NCBI GenBank assembly: GCA_965205485.1
Contig: OZ242180.1
Span: forward strand, 3,488,001 to 3,552,000
DNA: 64,000 bases
Reading direction: 5' to 3'
Source of the DNA: Candidatus Latescibacterota bacterium
GTDB taxonomy: Bacteria > Latescibacterota > UBA2968 > GCA-2709665
Both the position numbers and the translations under genes were made by a program. Positions 1 to 10,704 of the stretch are shown piece after piece. The stretch's first letter is position 1. The number at the start of each line of letters is the position of its first letter. The notes under the pieces were generated by a model. That model made no database searches and had not been told where the DNA came from. It saw only the letters and a list, made by a program, of their open reading frames with translations.

Positions 1-2
1 GC

Positions 3-23
3 GCCCACAAGGGACGCCCCTAC
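3..23. repeat. REP-like palindrome end (gcccacaagggacgcccctac)
   Basis: Ends in GCCCCTAC (reverse complement GTAGGGGC), typical of RAYT-associated REP units; truncated by the window edge. Confidence 0.5.
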
Positions 24-111
24 AAGACGAGGGCGAACCAAAGACGCGACGGTTGGTGGGTCTGCGCCGGCATTCGAGCCGAATTGTAATCTGAGGCGAG
101 TACGAGGCACT

Positions 112-1539
112 ATGAACCGAGAAGACTATTATCGATGGGCTGAACGCGCCGCGCGGTGGGGCGCCGAGTACCTCGAAACGCTCGAGGACCGCCCCGTTCG
201 GGCCCAGACCGTGCCGGGTGAGATCATCGCGATGTTGCCTGCATCGCCGCCTGAATTGCCGGAATCGATGGAGACGATCTTCGCTGACTTCGAGCGCATC
301 GTGCCGGGCGGGATGACCCATTGGCAGCACCCTCGCTTTTTCGCGTACTTCCCTGCCAGCGCCGCGCCTGTTTCGATGATCGCCGAGAACCTGACGGCTG
401 TGATGGCGGCCCAGTGCATGCTCTGGCAGACATCGCCAGCGGCCACGGAAATCGAGACCCGGATGGTGGACTGGATGCGCCAGGCGATCGGACTCCCGCA
501 GGGTTTCCAGGGCGTCATCCAGGACACGGCAACGGCGGCTAATCTCTGCGCCGTTCTGACGATGCGGGAACGCGCGCTCGACTGGCGAGGGATCGGCGAC
601 GGAATGGCTGGGGAGAAGCCGCTACGTATCTATGCCTCGCCGGAGACCCATTCATCAATAGACAAATCCATCCGGATCGCGGGGATCGGCCAACGGAACC
701 TCGTCAAAGTGCCCACCGATGGACTCGACGCTCTCGACCCGGATGCGCTTCGCGAGGCGGTACGCGACGATCAGGCCGCAGGGTTTCTACCGGCCGGTGT
801 GGTACTGTGTGTCGGCGGTACGTCGATCGGCGCGTCCGACCGCGTGCGTCCGGCCATCGAAGTCGCGCGTGAGTTCGATCTCTACGTCCACGTGGACGCC
901 GCGTGGGCCGGCTCGGCGATGATCTGCCCCGAACTGCGGGTGTTGTGGGAGGGCGTCGAGAAGGCGGACAGCATCGTGTTCAATCCCCACAAGTGGCTCG
1001 GCGCGCAGTTCGACTGTTCCATCCAGTTCCTCGCCGATCCCGAACCGCAGGTCCGCACCCTGGGAATCCGCCCGGAATACCTGGAGACACTCGGGCAGTC
1101 CCAGATTACCAACTACAGCGAGTGGACGATCCCCCTCGGGCGCAGATTCCGGGCGCTCAAGCTCTGGTTTCTGTTACGCGCGCACGGGCTGGAAGATCTC
1201 CGAGAGCGGATCCGGAACCATATCGCGTGGGCCGAGGAGGCCGCCGCGGCGATCGCATCGCTGGACGGATTTCGACTGATGACGGAATGCCGCCTGTCGC
1301 TTTTCACGTTCCAATACGCGCCCGATGGCGAGGATGTCGACGACGCCACCGAGCGACTTCTCCGCGCAGTCAACGACGACGGCCGGATCTACCTGACCCA
1401 TACGATCCACGAGGGCAGGTTCGTCATCCGCTTTCAGGTCGGGCAGTTCGACTGTCGAAGAGAAGACGTGCAAATGGCGGTCGACGTGCTGCGGGAGTTG
1501 GCCGCGGGCATTGACCCCTTTGCCCTGAACGAACGTTGA
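112..1539 (+). CDS. PLP-dependent aromatic-L-amino-acid decarboxylase (group II)
   Basis: THWQHPRFFAYFP, SPAATEIE, HVDAAWAG and FNPHKW (PLP lysine) motifs; RRFRALKLWF. Confidence 0.95.
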   Translation: MNREDYYRWAERAARWGAEYLETLEDRPVRAQTVPGEIIAMLPASPPELPESMETIFADFERIVPGGMTHWQHPRFFAYFPASAAPVSMIAENLTAVMAAQCMLWQTSPAATEIETRMVDWMRQAIGLPQGFQGVIQDTATAANLCAVLTMRERALDWRGIGDGMAGEKPLRIYASPETHSSIDKSIRIAGIGQRNLVKVPTDGLDALDPDALREAVRDDQAAGFLPAGVVLCVGGTSIGASDRVRPAIEVAREFDLYVHVDAAWAGSAMICPELRVLWEGVEKADSIVFNPHKWLGAQFDCSIQFLADPEPQVRTLGIRPEYLETLGQSQITNYSEWTIPLGRRFRALKLWFLLRAHGLEDLRERIRNHIAWAEEAAAAIASLDGFRLMTECRLSLFTFQYAPDGEDVDDATERLLRAVNDDGRIYLTHTIHEGRFVIRFQVGQFDCRREDVQMAVDVLRELAAGIDPFALNER

Positions 1540-1555
1540 TCACGACCCATGGTGA

Positions 1556-2524
1556 TTGAGCGAATTCATGATCATGTCCATCAGACAGGAACGTGAACAT
1601 TTCATTGGGCAGATTAAGGAGGAAATGGCTGAATATCCTGTCCCTCCTCCCCTCGACATGCAGATTCTGGACAAGCACTATCGGTCCGATCGTGATCACG
1701 TTTACGAAGAATGGAAGATTGATTACCGCGTTGAGACGGAAGAAACGATGCCTCAGTTGCCGGGAAGAAGCGTACCGGCATACCTTCTGGTCCCCAAAGA
1801 TGAGCGATTCTCACCACCCTACCCGGCAATGGTTGCCTTTCATCAGTGCAACACCGACTGTATTATTGCAAAGGATGCCGTTGTTGGGAAGGCCGTCCAA
1901 CGCCCCGATCAGGCCTATGGCTATGAGCTTGTTATTCAAGGGTTTGTCGTTCTGGCGCCTGATGCGATAAATTGCGGCGAGCGTAATATTCCTTCAATCA
2001 GACGCCCCTATGAGAACAATCACTGCCATCAGATTCTGAGCGAACCCCTGGGACGGCCTTTCTGGTTCAAGCACGCGTACGATGGAATGCGCGCGGTCGA
2101 TGTCCTTTCAGCACTGGACTTTGTGGATTCTGAACGCATTGGCGTGATCGGTCACTCCATGGGATCGGCGCAGGCTGCCAGTACGATGGCTCGCGATCCG
2201 CGCGTCAAGGTGGGTCTTGTAACGGGGCGGGTCACAAAAAAGAATCTATTGGCAATTGCACCGCGCTATCTGATGACGGTGCTGCAATCTCTGGAAAAGA
2301 CTCCTGAAACTATCGCGCAGATTCGAGAGTACTTCGACGAAGCCATGCGGGAATTCTACGAACCGGACGGGTTGTCAGATCATTTGTATCTTACCGTTCA
2401 GAAATGCGGGCACAGTTTCCCCGATGAATACAAAAGCGAAGCATTTTCCCGGTTGAGGAGCTATTTCAATGCGAGCTCAACCGACGTCCAATTCGGCAAG
2501 GCGGTTGGAGAAATCGATGAATAA
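1556..2524 (+). CDS. Dienelactone hydrolase-like alpha/beta hydrolase
   Basis: GHSMG nucleophile elbow, GFVVLAPDA, C-terminal GHSF histidine; start may be ATG at 1568 or 1574. Confidence 0.8.
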   Translation: MSEFMIMSIRQEREHFIGQIKEEMAEYPVPPPLDMQILDKHYRSDRDHVYEEWKIDYRVETEETMPQLPGRSVPAYLLVPKDERFSPPYPAMVAFHQCNTDCIIAKDAVVGKAVQRPDQAYGYELVIQGFVVLAPDAINCGERNIPSIRRPYENNHCHQILSEPLGRPFWFKHAYDGMRAVDVLSALDFVDSERIGVIGHSMGSAQAASTMARDPRVKVGLVTGRVTKKNLLAIAPRYLMTVLQSLEKTPETIAQIREYFDEAMREFYEPDGLSDHLYLTVQKCGHSFPDEYKSEAFSRLRSYFNASSTDVQFGKAVGEIDE

Positions 2525-2993
2525 GTGCTCCCGGTTCTCAGGCGGCTGCGGTTGCGGAGAGTTCCGATACGGGCTCCGGAACCCGCCCCTTTTCGTACAC
2601 GCATGTCACTGCCTCGATTGCCAGAAGGCATCCGGTTCCGCATTCCGGATTACAACCATCGTCCTGGAACGCGACATCGTGATCAATCAGGGCGACGTTT
2701 CGTTCAGGAAGATATCGACGCATCGAACGGAATTCATCTGCAAGTCCTGTGGTGATGTCATTTACGGGACTGCGACGAATCACCCTGCAACGGCGCTCCT
2801 GAACACGAGAACACTGGATGACCCCAGGATGCTGGAGATCGGTGCACATATCTGGACCGTAGACAGGCACCCCTGGCTTGTTTTGCCGACCGATGTTCCT
2901 CAGTATGAAAAGGGATACGAAAGGAACGAGGTTTGGCCACAGGAGAACCTGCAACGCCTGCGTCGCGCTGTGGATGAAGGTGGCCGGATCTAA
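2517..2993 (+). CDS. GFA (CENP-V) family Zn-binding protein
   Basis: GGCGCG, CHCLDCQK and FICKSCG motifs; GGAG RBS before ATG 2517. Confidence 0.9.
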   Translation: MNKCSRFSGGCGCGEFRYGLRNPPLFVHACHCLDCQKASGSAFRITTIVLERDIVINQGDVSFRKISTHRTEFICKSCGDVIYGTATNHPATALLNTRTLDDPRMLEIGAHIWTVDRHPWLVLPTDVPQYEKGYERNEVWPQENLQRLRRAVDEGGRI

Positions 2994-3221
2994 AGATGAA
3001 ATATCCACGAAGACAGTCGGTCGTGTTTTATGCCCGTTTGAATTTCGATAGATTCAGCGCGAATTTCTGTACGACAGCATCTAAAGAAATACGGAATCTG
3101 ATTGGTCAGTGTGATGTTCGGCGGTCTTCAGAGGTAAGGATTCATCGCTCTGGCGCGGAGTAGTGAGCATTTGTCCGACTCCTGGTTCCCAATCCTGCGT
3201 AATCCTGGCAGGTTTTGCTTT

Positions 3222-3250
3222 TATCCTGACTATCCTGTCCATCCATGTAA
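3222..3250. repeat. Short dispersed repeat (atcctgtccatccatgtaag)
   Basis: Same string recurs near 49749-49768; preceded here by tandem aatcctg units. Confidence 0.5.
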
Positions 3251-3387
3251 GTTTAGACTCTTGAATTGAAGAGGCTGATGGATCCGTTCGAGAACAAGCT
3301 GACCTTCACGAGTCTGACAAACAAGCCGGCGTGATTGCCATTCGCAGCTTGCGCAATGCGACGACACGTGTCTCTGGAGCCGTTCAG

Positions 3388-3852
3388 ATGCGCTTTAATA
3401 TCGAACCACTGACTCAATCCGACGCCGAGACGATCGCGACATGGCATTACGATGGCGAATATGCCTTCTATGACGCTGAAGCGGATCCCGAGGATCTTGA
3501 GGAACTCCTGGATCCGGCGCTTCGCGGCGACTCGATGTTTGCCGTTCGGGATGGCGCGGGCGATCTGGTCGGCTTCTTCGCGTTCCAGATCGAGGATGGC
3601 GTGGTGGATTTCGGTCTGGGACTTCGACCCGATCTGACTGGGAGGGGTCTGGGGGCGGACTTTGCCCGAGCGGGCCTTGATTGCGCAAGAACCCGATTCT
3701 CGCCGAAGACCATCCAGCTTCGGGTCGCGGCATTCAACAAACGCGCGATCAAGGTCTATCAACGCGTCGGTTTCAGGGAAGTCGAACACTATTTGAATCG
3801 CACGAACGGCGGCGAGTTCGAGTTCATTCGAATGGAATTGACGGACACATAA
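3388..3852 (+). CDS. GNAT family N-acetyltransferase
   Basis: GLGLRPDLTGRGLG acetyl-CoA loop, FNKRAIKVYQRVGF; GGAG upstream of ATG 3388. Confidence 0.9.
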   Translation: MRFNIEPLTQSDAETIATWHYDGEYAFYDAEADPEDLEELLDPALRGDSMFAVRDGAGDLVGFFAFQIEDGVVDFGLGLRPDLTGRGLGADFARAGLDCARTRFSPKTIQLRVAAFNKRAIKVYQRVGFREVEHYLNRTNGGEFEFIRMELTDT

Positions 3853-3937
3853 GAACAGCAGGGTTGAACTTTAATCTGTGCACATTAGCGCATGAACCCG
3901 CGCCGTCGCCTCCTTCCTTTCCTAGTGGACCAAGTAG

Positions 3938-4663
3938 ATGGATCTGGTCACACTTGACAGAATGCCTGAAATGTCGGGCGCTTTGAAAGAACTGAACGAT
4001 TCCACCTGGCCCGCGTTTCTGTCGCGCTCGAATGTACGGAACTGGTCTTCCATTTACACGGAGTTTACGGGCTTTCAGATCCTCGTCCTCAATCGCAATG
4101 CTCTGGTGGCCGCGGGTTTGTCCGTACCGTTTGATTGGGCGCCAGGCGGTCTCTTGCCATCTACGATTGACGAAGTGGTTCATCCGGCCCATTGGCCCTT
4201 AATGACCGCGGGTGTACTCTGTGCTGTCGGTATTCTCGTGCGGCCGATGTATCGCAGAAGGGGAATTAGTCGAAAGATCCTTTCCGAAATGCGATCTCTG
4301 TCGGAAGTTAAGGGATTGCGGGGCGTTCTGGCGCCTGTGAGACCGAACCGGAAGCATGTCTTTCCGGAAGAGGAAATCGAAACGTACGCCAACCGCCGGG
4401 ATGAGAAGGGTCGTTTGCTAGATCCGTGGCTGCGCGTCCACGAGGAATTGGGTGGCGAAAGACTGGGTTTCATGCACGAATCGGTTACAGTGACTGCTTC
4501 GATCCAGGACTGGGAGAAATGGACGGAAATGCGATTTTCAACGTCGGGATCCTACTGCATTCCGGATGGATTGGCGCCAATCACAATCGACCTGGAAGAC
4601 AATCTGGGCACATACCGTGAACCGAACGTTTGGTACTTTCATCGATCGAGATTACAAGACTGA
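3938..4663 (+). CDS. GNAT-fold transferase
   Basis: VRPMYRRRGIS motif A, APVRP, DPWLRVH, YREPNVW. Confidence 0.75.
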   Translation: MDLVTLDRMPEMSGALKELNDSTWPAFLSRSNVRNWSSIYTEFTGFQILVLNRNALVAAGLSVPFDWAPGGLLPSTIDEVVHPAHWPLMTAGVLCAVGILVRPMYRRRGISRKILSEMRSLSEVKGLRGVLAPVRPNRKHVFPEEEIETYANRRDEKGRLLDPWLRVHEELGGERLGFMHESVTVTASIQDWEKWTEMRFSTSGSYCIPDGLAPITIDLEDNLGTYREPNVWYFHRSRLQD

Positions 4664-4809
4664 CGTGGGAGGTGCGCTATACACGACACTTTCAGCCTGC
4701 ACTCCAGGAGTGCGTAAACTCGAAAACCGACGGATTTGGAATTCATTCTGACGCAGTCGGTATCTATTCCCATTTGGAATAGATCGCCATGGTGTTTTTC
4801 TAATTGACC

Positions 4810-5449
4810 CACTGCTGTCCAAGAACTGTGGCAATCTTGGAGATGAGGTTCGAAGAGTAAATTCGATTGGCGATTTTGGACGGGTTTGACCCGGTTAACG
4901 TTAACGAGGTCGCCACAGGTTCACGTTTTTTCAATACCTGTCATTCTAAGCGGAATCGAAGCATCGTTCGCCGCTTCCGTCCCGCGCTGGAGGTGGACGT
5001 GCTGCCTCTCAGATGTCGAAATGTGCAATCCGCACAAGAATAATCACATGTCGCAGTAGATCCTTCGTCGGCCTGGGTGCCGGTCCTGGATGATAGTCTG
5101 GTTTCAAGTGGAACCGATGCACTTCGTGGACGTTGCACCCAGGCCTCCTCTGGATGACAGTACCGGCCAACGTGTGAAGGATACATGTCGATGATTGTTA
5201 CTGCAAAACGTGTCATTCTGAGCGGAGTCGAAGAATCTCCCGTCTTCTCGATTGTACGTGTCGCACATGCGTTTTGAAGACGAACCTGTGCGCGGACGCC
5301 TGGCCAGCCTATCTGCCTCCCGTGCATAGCATTCACGCTCACTTGAAAAGGATACATTTCGCCCTGGCTGTGGTCGTTTTTTCCATCTGTATATTTCGCG
5401 CACTTTCCCGACCATCGTAGTGAATCAAACCGGTTCTTGGACAGTTGTG
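4810..5449. mobile_element. ~640-bp non-coding element with terminal inverted repeats (MITE-like), copy 1
   Basis: Left end cactgctgtccaagaactg and right end cggttcttggacagttgtg are imperfect inverted repeats (16/19); colinear homologue at 41413-42093; nested gtcattctgagcggag..gaagaatctc palindromes. Confidence 0.7.
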
Positions 5450-5608
5450 TTATTGACCGATTTTGTGACTGACAACATCCACAGATGGAAAACATTGATT
5501 CATTGCACAGATGGAATCGTGAAAAAGCCCGCGATGGATCCTTTTTTCGTACTTTTCTCAGTCGAAACACAGTGAGCGGATCGGTTACCCAACGAGACTG
5601 GAGGCGAC

Positions 5609-6064
5609 ATGTCACCGAGTGCTGTGACGTACGAAGGCAGCTGTCTCTGCGGTCGGATCCGTATCCAGGTAACAGGTTCGCCCGTCTCGGCCGGATATTG
5701 CCATTGCAAGACCTGCAGGACGTGGCACGCGGCTCCGGTCAACGCCTATGCGACCTGCCCGAACGAGGCCGTACGCATCACGGTAGGCGAAGAACTAATC
5801 GAGAATTATCAGGATAGACGAAGCAATCGGCATTGGTGCAGGCACTGCGGATCCGGACTGTTGAACCGGCTGGCGAAAGGAAGGACGGTGGTTTATGCCA
5901 TGGTACTTGCCGATTCGGGTTATGTCCACGAAGCAAACTGTCACATTCACTGCGACGAGGCCGTACTCGATCTGCAGGATGGAATTCCGAAGTATTCTGG
6001 ATGGCCGAATTCAGAACCCACTGACGAACCGCGTCGGACCAGGATGCGCCCTGCCGGGACCTGA
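5609..6064 (+). CDS. GFA family protein
   Basis: GSCLCG, CHCKTCR, WCRHCGS; GGAGG RBS. Confidence 0.92.
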   Translation: MSPSAVTYEGSCLCGRIRIQVTGSPVSAGYCHCKTCRTWHAAPVNAYATCPNEAVRITVGEELIENYQDRRSNRHWCRHCGSGLLNRLAKGRTVVYAMVLADSGYVHEANCHIHCDEAVLDLQDGIPKYSGWPNSEPTDEPRRTRMRPAGT

Positions 6065-6176
6065 GGTGAATTCCCGGACGGCTCGATCTATGAAAAATTG
6101 GAATATATCATTGTGTTTCCGCTCACTGCTGTCCACGCCGGGGATAGATTTGGGACCGTTGTGGTTGGCGTTCCCG

Positions 6177-6251
6177 GGAGCGAGGGCATCCTGCCCTCGA
6201 TGTGAATAGGGGTAGGTGACGCGAAGTTCGAGGGCAGGATGCCCTCGCTCC
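6177..6251. repeat. REP doublet (24-bp perfect inverted repeat)
   Basis: ggagcgagggcatcctgccctcga ... tcgagggcaggatgccctcgctcc; each arm is itself palindromic. Confidence 0.8.
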
Positions 6252-6489
6252 GGTTACGGGTGGTTCCTGTCGTGATAACGGGCAGATTGCCCTCGATCGC
6301 AGGGTGTTCACGACCTGTATAGCGACTTCGGCGTCTTGCCAGGTTCTGCGGCCACCCGTAAGGGGAGAATACCAGGTCCGATTACCGCTGTCCTGGTTTA
6401 TTTGGAAAATTCGATTTGGACGGGTGTGATTTCCGCCGGAAAAGATCTCATCTGAAGCGTGATTCTGCTTCAAGGCCGGTGTCGACACA

Positions 6490-7013
6490 ATGCATCTATA
6501 CAAGGTATCTGCTCCGCGCGAGAGTTTGGTGTTCCATCCAACGAGATTCTACCGTACTGAGGATTTTCGGAGCAGCAGTAGACGGCCCAAACCGGGCTAC
6601 ATCGCTGACAGACTGCTCTATGCCGGCGACTTCGACGAGATTTCAATTCACCTGTTTCCGAAAGATTCATAGAATTCGAGTGAGGAACGCTGAAGAGTCC
6701 AGGAGGAAAGCTTTCGATCCTGGGATTCGAGACAGATGCGGCCAGAAGGTGTTACATCTTCGTGAATCGTGAGGATGAGACGCGGATAGCGGAATTTGAG
6801 GCCAACGTCTATGTTTTCGAGGTCCGCCATTTCACGAAGACACCCAGCAACGAATACATCTCCAGGGAACCCGTCGAAGCCATCGGTTCCGAATCCTATA
6901 CGATGCAGGAGATCCTGCGCAGATGGCGCATCCAGCTTATCCCTGTCGACTCCGTGCCAGAACTATCCGGTTTTCTCACGGACGCCAGTGTCGTCTATTC
7001 CTATCAGACGTGA
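6490..7013 (+). pseudogene. Hypothetical protein split by two apparent frameshifts
   Basis: Protein-like reading continues HLFP / KIHRIRVRNAEESRR / KLSILGFETD..VNREDE across three frames, with the shifts at aaag runs near 6661 and 6707. Confidence 0.5.
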
Positions 7014-7084
7014 CAGGCGATCACTACGTATCTGCCAATTGCGTATATTTCGCTCAACGACAGGTTCGCGACGGAAGCCATCAG

Positions 7085-7597
7085 ATGAAACAACGCACGA
7101 AGGGAAGAATACCACCGACGATCCGTTCGGCTACCTCTGCAGACGCGGACATTGTGACCCGTATTTACATCGATTCCTGGAACGCAGGATTCGGCGCGTT
7201 GCTGTCGCGGGCGGATAGAACCGTGACACCGGCGCTTGTTGAACGCTGGCGGCATGATCTGATTCAACCTGTCCCACGTCGATGGTGGGTCGCTGAACAT
7301 TCCGGTACAACTGCAGGGGTCGCCGGCATCGGACCCAGCAGGGATCCGGCGGCTGAACGCCTCGGCGAAATCGATACCATCGCTGTATGTCCGTCGCGCT
7401 GGCGCACAGGAATAGGCAAGGCATTGATGTCCGTCGCACTGCGTTATCTGGTTGCGGACGGCTACGACGAAGCGATCGTGTGGACCGTAGAAGGCTACGA
7501 ACGCGGAATCGCTTTCTACGAGGCCATGGGGTGGAGCCGCGATGGGGGCGTCCGGGACGGTGGGCGACAGATCCGCCTCAGACGAGATTTCACGTAA
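7085..7597 (+). CDS. GNAT family N-acetyltransferase
   Basis: IRSATSADA, AVCPSRWRTGIGKALM, AFYEAMGW. Confidence 0.9.
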   Translation: MKQRTKGRIPPTIRSATSADADIVTRIYIDSWNAGFGALLSRADRTVTPALVERWRHDLIQPVPRRWWVAEHSGTTAGVAGIGPSRDPAAERLGEIDTIAVCPSRWRTGIGKALMSVALRYLVADGYDEAIVWTVEGYERGIAFYEAMGWSRDGGVRDGGRQIRLRRDFT

Positions 7598-7608
7598 AGG
7601 TTCCCGGA

Positions 7609-8035
7609 ATGGAAAAACTGACTGAACGTCTGGCGGGAATTCACAGGAATGACGTGGGCGCCGTTGCCGAGTTCAGGAAGGGCGGTATCTGGAATTCTAT
7701 TACCGGCCTCCCTACACGAGAGAGGAGTGCGTCCGCTTTGTAGACACGTGCATCGCCTGGTCTGGAGAAAATCCGAGAACCAGGTACCAGCTGGCTATTA
7801 CAGACCGAGCATGCGAGGTATTGCTCGGTAACTGCGGAGTGCGCATGGAAAGCATCGAAAGCCGGCGAGGCGACGTCGGCTACGAATTGTCGCCGGCGTA
7901 CTGGGGGAACGGCTACGCGACGGAGGCTGTTCGAGCGATGCTTGACCGTTTAATTTGGAACTGCACGAGATCGAAGCCAGGTGTGTTGGCAAACAAACGG
8001 TCCGTGCGTCTTCTTCTTGGATTCGAGGCGACGGA
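7609..8035 (+). pseudogene. Degraded RimJ/RimL-type GNAT
   Basis: GNCGVR..GDVGYELSPAYWGNGYATEAVRAML and NKRSVRLL remnants without an intact ORF; boundaries approximate. Confidence 0.6.
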
Positions 8036-8199
8036 GCCATGCAGCCCGGACAGTGCAGGACGAATTCACGCGGATGTTACCCGAACGGAGAGTATTTCTG
8101 CTGTCTCGGGACCAATGGATCCACAGCATGTCCGGTCTCAATGCATGAAGTCGTTTGAGGCATTGGATCGACCGGGCATTTTAGCCAGGAGACAAAACT

Positions 8200-8568
8200 G
8201 TGAGCATACATCGCATTACGTCGATGGTTCCGATAACCGATCTGGATCAGGCGATTACCTTTTACTCGCAAGGGCTGGGTCTGAAGGTCGTCCGCCGAAG
8301 GGATGACTGGGGCCACGCCATACTCGAAGGTGAGCATCGTTGCCAGGTGATGATTGACCGATCGATACGTTCGGAATCGAACGCCGCGACTGTCGTTTAC
8401 TACTATACGTCCGAGATCGAGTCGGTACGAGACCGCTTGATCGCCGCCGGATTCGACCCCGATCCCATCGGCGAAACGTTCTACGACATGACGGAATTCA
8501 GAGTGCGGGATCCCGACGGGAATCGGGTCTGGGTCGGTGCGCGTGACGATCCTGAGAGGCGCTCCTGA
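8200..8568 (+). CDS. VOC/glyoxalase family protein
   Basis: TDLDQAITFYSQGLG, ETFYDMTEFRVRDPDGN. Confidence 0.9.
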   Translation: MSIHRITSMVPITDLDQAITFYSQGLGLKVVRRRDDWGHAILEGEHRCQVMIDRSIRSESNAATVVYYYTSEIESVRDRLIAAGFDPDPIGETFYDMTEFRVRDPDGNRVWVGARDDPERRS

Positions 8569-8658
8569 GGCTGCTCCCGGAACGGATCCGATAACGATCC
8601 AGGATGTTGGATCACGGAATTCAATTCACACACATCGACTCACGAAAGGAATATATCC

Positions 8659-9561
8659 ATGAGCAACTATATCGTAGTATCGAGCATCTCCTACGCCCCG
8701 ATCAGCGGTGATGACGAGAAGGTGATGGCGCAGACCCATAAGGACCTGAAGGACCTGGTGGGGCAGGTCGCGCGCGCCACTTCGCCCGATCTGATCGTCC
8801 TGCCGGAGACGATCTGCCGTACATGCGACGAGGAGGTGCCGGAAGGGCCTACGACACAGTTGCTGGCAGGCCTGGCGCGGGAATACAACTGCTATATCAC
8901 TGTGCCGGTACATCAGAAAGAACCCAAGAGCGAGGCGGTCTTCAACGTCCTCGGGCTGCTCGACCGGCGGGGGGAACTGGCCGGAATCTATCGCAAGTAC
9001 ATTCCGGTCTACCCCGAATTCGACCACGGCACGCGTCCGGGTCCCGGAGCGACGCTGATCCGCACGGAATTCGGTCCCGTGGGCGGGGTGATCTGTTTCG
9101 ACCTGAACTTTGGCGAACTGCGGGCGCAGTACAAGAAGCTCAAACCGAAACTGCTGCTCTTCAGTTCCATGTACCACGGCGGCCTGGTGCAGAACTTCTG
9201 GGCGCTGGACGTGCAGGCCTACTTCGTCGGCTCGGTGTACAGGGGGACGCCCTGCACCATCATCGATCCGCAGGGGACCACCCTGGACACGAGCAATAAC
9301 TACAGAAGCTGGGCTTCCGCTCGCATCAACCTGGACTTTGAAGTGGTGCATCTCGACAAGAATCGGGCCAGATTCGACGATATCCATCGAAAGTACGGCG
9401 AGGCCGTGCGCATTGTCATCACCGGGGAGGTGGGCACATCGGTGATCTACAGCGAGACCGCGGAGCGCACCGCGGCTGACATCGTCGACGAGTTCGAACT
9501 GGTGCGCCTGTACGATTACTTCGAGTGGTCAAGAGAACTGCGCACGGAGCATTTGAAGTGA
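8659..9561 (+). CDS. Carbon-nitrogen hydrolase (nitrilase superfamily)
   Basis: Catalytic triad contexts LPE, YRK, ICFD; AAAGGA RBS. Confidence 0.92.
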   Translation: MSNYIVVSSISYAPISGDDEKVMAQTHKDLKDLVGQVARATSPDLIVLPETICRTCDEEVPEGPTTQLLAGLAREYNCYITVPVHQKEPKSEAVFNVLGLLDRRGELAGIYRKYIPVYPEFDHGTRPGPGATLIRTEFGPVGGVICFDLNFGELRAQYKKLKPKLLLFSSMYHGGLVQNFWALDVQAYFVGSVYRGTPCTIIDPQGTTLDTSNNYRSWASARINLDFEVVHLDKNRARFDDIHRKYGEAVRIVITGEVGTSVIYSETAERTAADIVDEFELVRLYDYFEWSRELRTEHLK

Positions 9562-9690
9562 ATTAAGACAGTCACCTGATTCCCCGCAGTTCAGTCACAA
9601 AGGTATGGATCTGAATCCCTGATCGCGCGTCCAGCCGGCAACGCGGACGGTTCATTTGGCGGATTTTGTCGTCCTTCGCCGGCCCTTCGA

Positions 9691-9732
9691 CCCTTCGACA
9701 GGCTCAGGGACCACAAGCTCAGGGAACGGCTC
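9691..9732. repeat. REP-like unit cccttcgacaggctcaggg
   Basis: Same unit or its complement at 44049-44068, 59857-59875 and 59913-59931. Confidence 0.75.
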
Positions 9733-9788
9733 CGGGTTCAGGCTGAATTAAGGTCGCTGCGTTCGCCGCGAACAGGACTGGTAGGGAT

Positions 9789-10655
9789 ATGCAAGTCACG
9801 TTTCTAGGAACAGCGGCCGCGCCCTCGGTGCCGAGCCCGTTCTGCGTGTGCGAGGCCTGTACCTGCGCGAGGCGTGCGGGCGGAAAGAACCTCAGAAGGC
9901 GGTCGTCCATCGTAATCAACGATGACTTGATGGTGGATATCGGTCCGGACGTCGTCAGTGCATCATTCTTCCATGGCGTAGCCCTCACCGGAATCGGCGT
10001 CTGCCTCATGACGCACGCCCACGAGGACCACTACGACCCCGAGTTTATCATGTCGAGGCACGAATCCTATGGGACTGTGCTCGCGAAAGAGATGATTCTG
10101 GCGGGTTCAATCGATACACTGAGAGCCATTGACAAGGACCTGTCCGGGAGATGCCGATACGGCAGCATCTTCGACCGACAGGCCCAGCGAGCTCTTGGGA
10201 TCGATCCGTTGCCCCTCAAACCGTTCGAGGGACGTGTCGTCGGCAATTATCGGGTCACAGGATATCCCGCGAACCACGGAACGGTAGCGGGCGCCCTGCT
10301 CTATGGGATCGAGCAGGGCCGGCTGGCCGTATTCTACGGTACGGATACATCGGTGCTTCCGGAGCACGTATGGGAGCATCTGCTGCTTGCCGGCACCCGG
10401 TTCGATCTGCTCATCCTCGATCACACGTACGGCGTCGGAATCGACGTCAGCCCGCCCGACCATCTTGCATCCGTTGACGTCATCGGACACGTGGACCGCT
10501 TCCGGCGCAGCGGTCTCCTGAAGGACAACGGACGGGTCTACGCGACTCACATTTCGCACGAAGGATACCTGGAGCACGACGAGCTCGACGCCTATGCCTC
10601 GGCGAACGGATACAGAATCGCATTCGACGGATTGTCGCTGACATTCGACGGCTGA
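9789..10655 (+). CDS. MBL-fold metallo-hydrolase (PhnP-like)
   Basis: FLGTAAA, CxCxxC, THAHEDH metal motif, ATHISH. Confidence 0.9.
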   Translation: MQVTFLGTAAAPSVPSPFCVCEACTCARRAGGKNLRRRSSIVINDDLMVDIGPDVVSASFFHGVALTGIGVCLMTHAHEDHYDPEFIMSRHESYGTVLAKEMILAGSIDTLRAIDKDLSGRCRYGSIFDRQAQRALGIDPLPLKPFEGRVVGNYRVTGYPANHGTVAGALLYGIEQGRLAVFYGTDTSVLPEHVWEHLLLAGTRFDLLILDHTYGVGIDVSPPDHLASVDVIGHVDRFRRSGLLKDNGRVYATHISHEGYLEHDELDAYASANGYRIAFDGLSLTFDG

Positions 10656-10704
10656 CAACAGATCACCGCGCGTAAGCTGCGCTCGTCAGGCCAAAACGAA
10701 TACC

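Noticed and set aside
4941..5615. Minus-strand ORF (and 41402-41944) as a transposase
   Set aside because: No DDE or HUH motif; similarity between the two ORFs is patchy and explained by the DNA repeat
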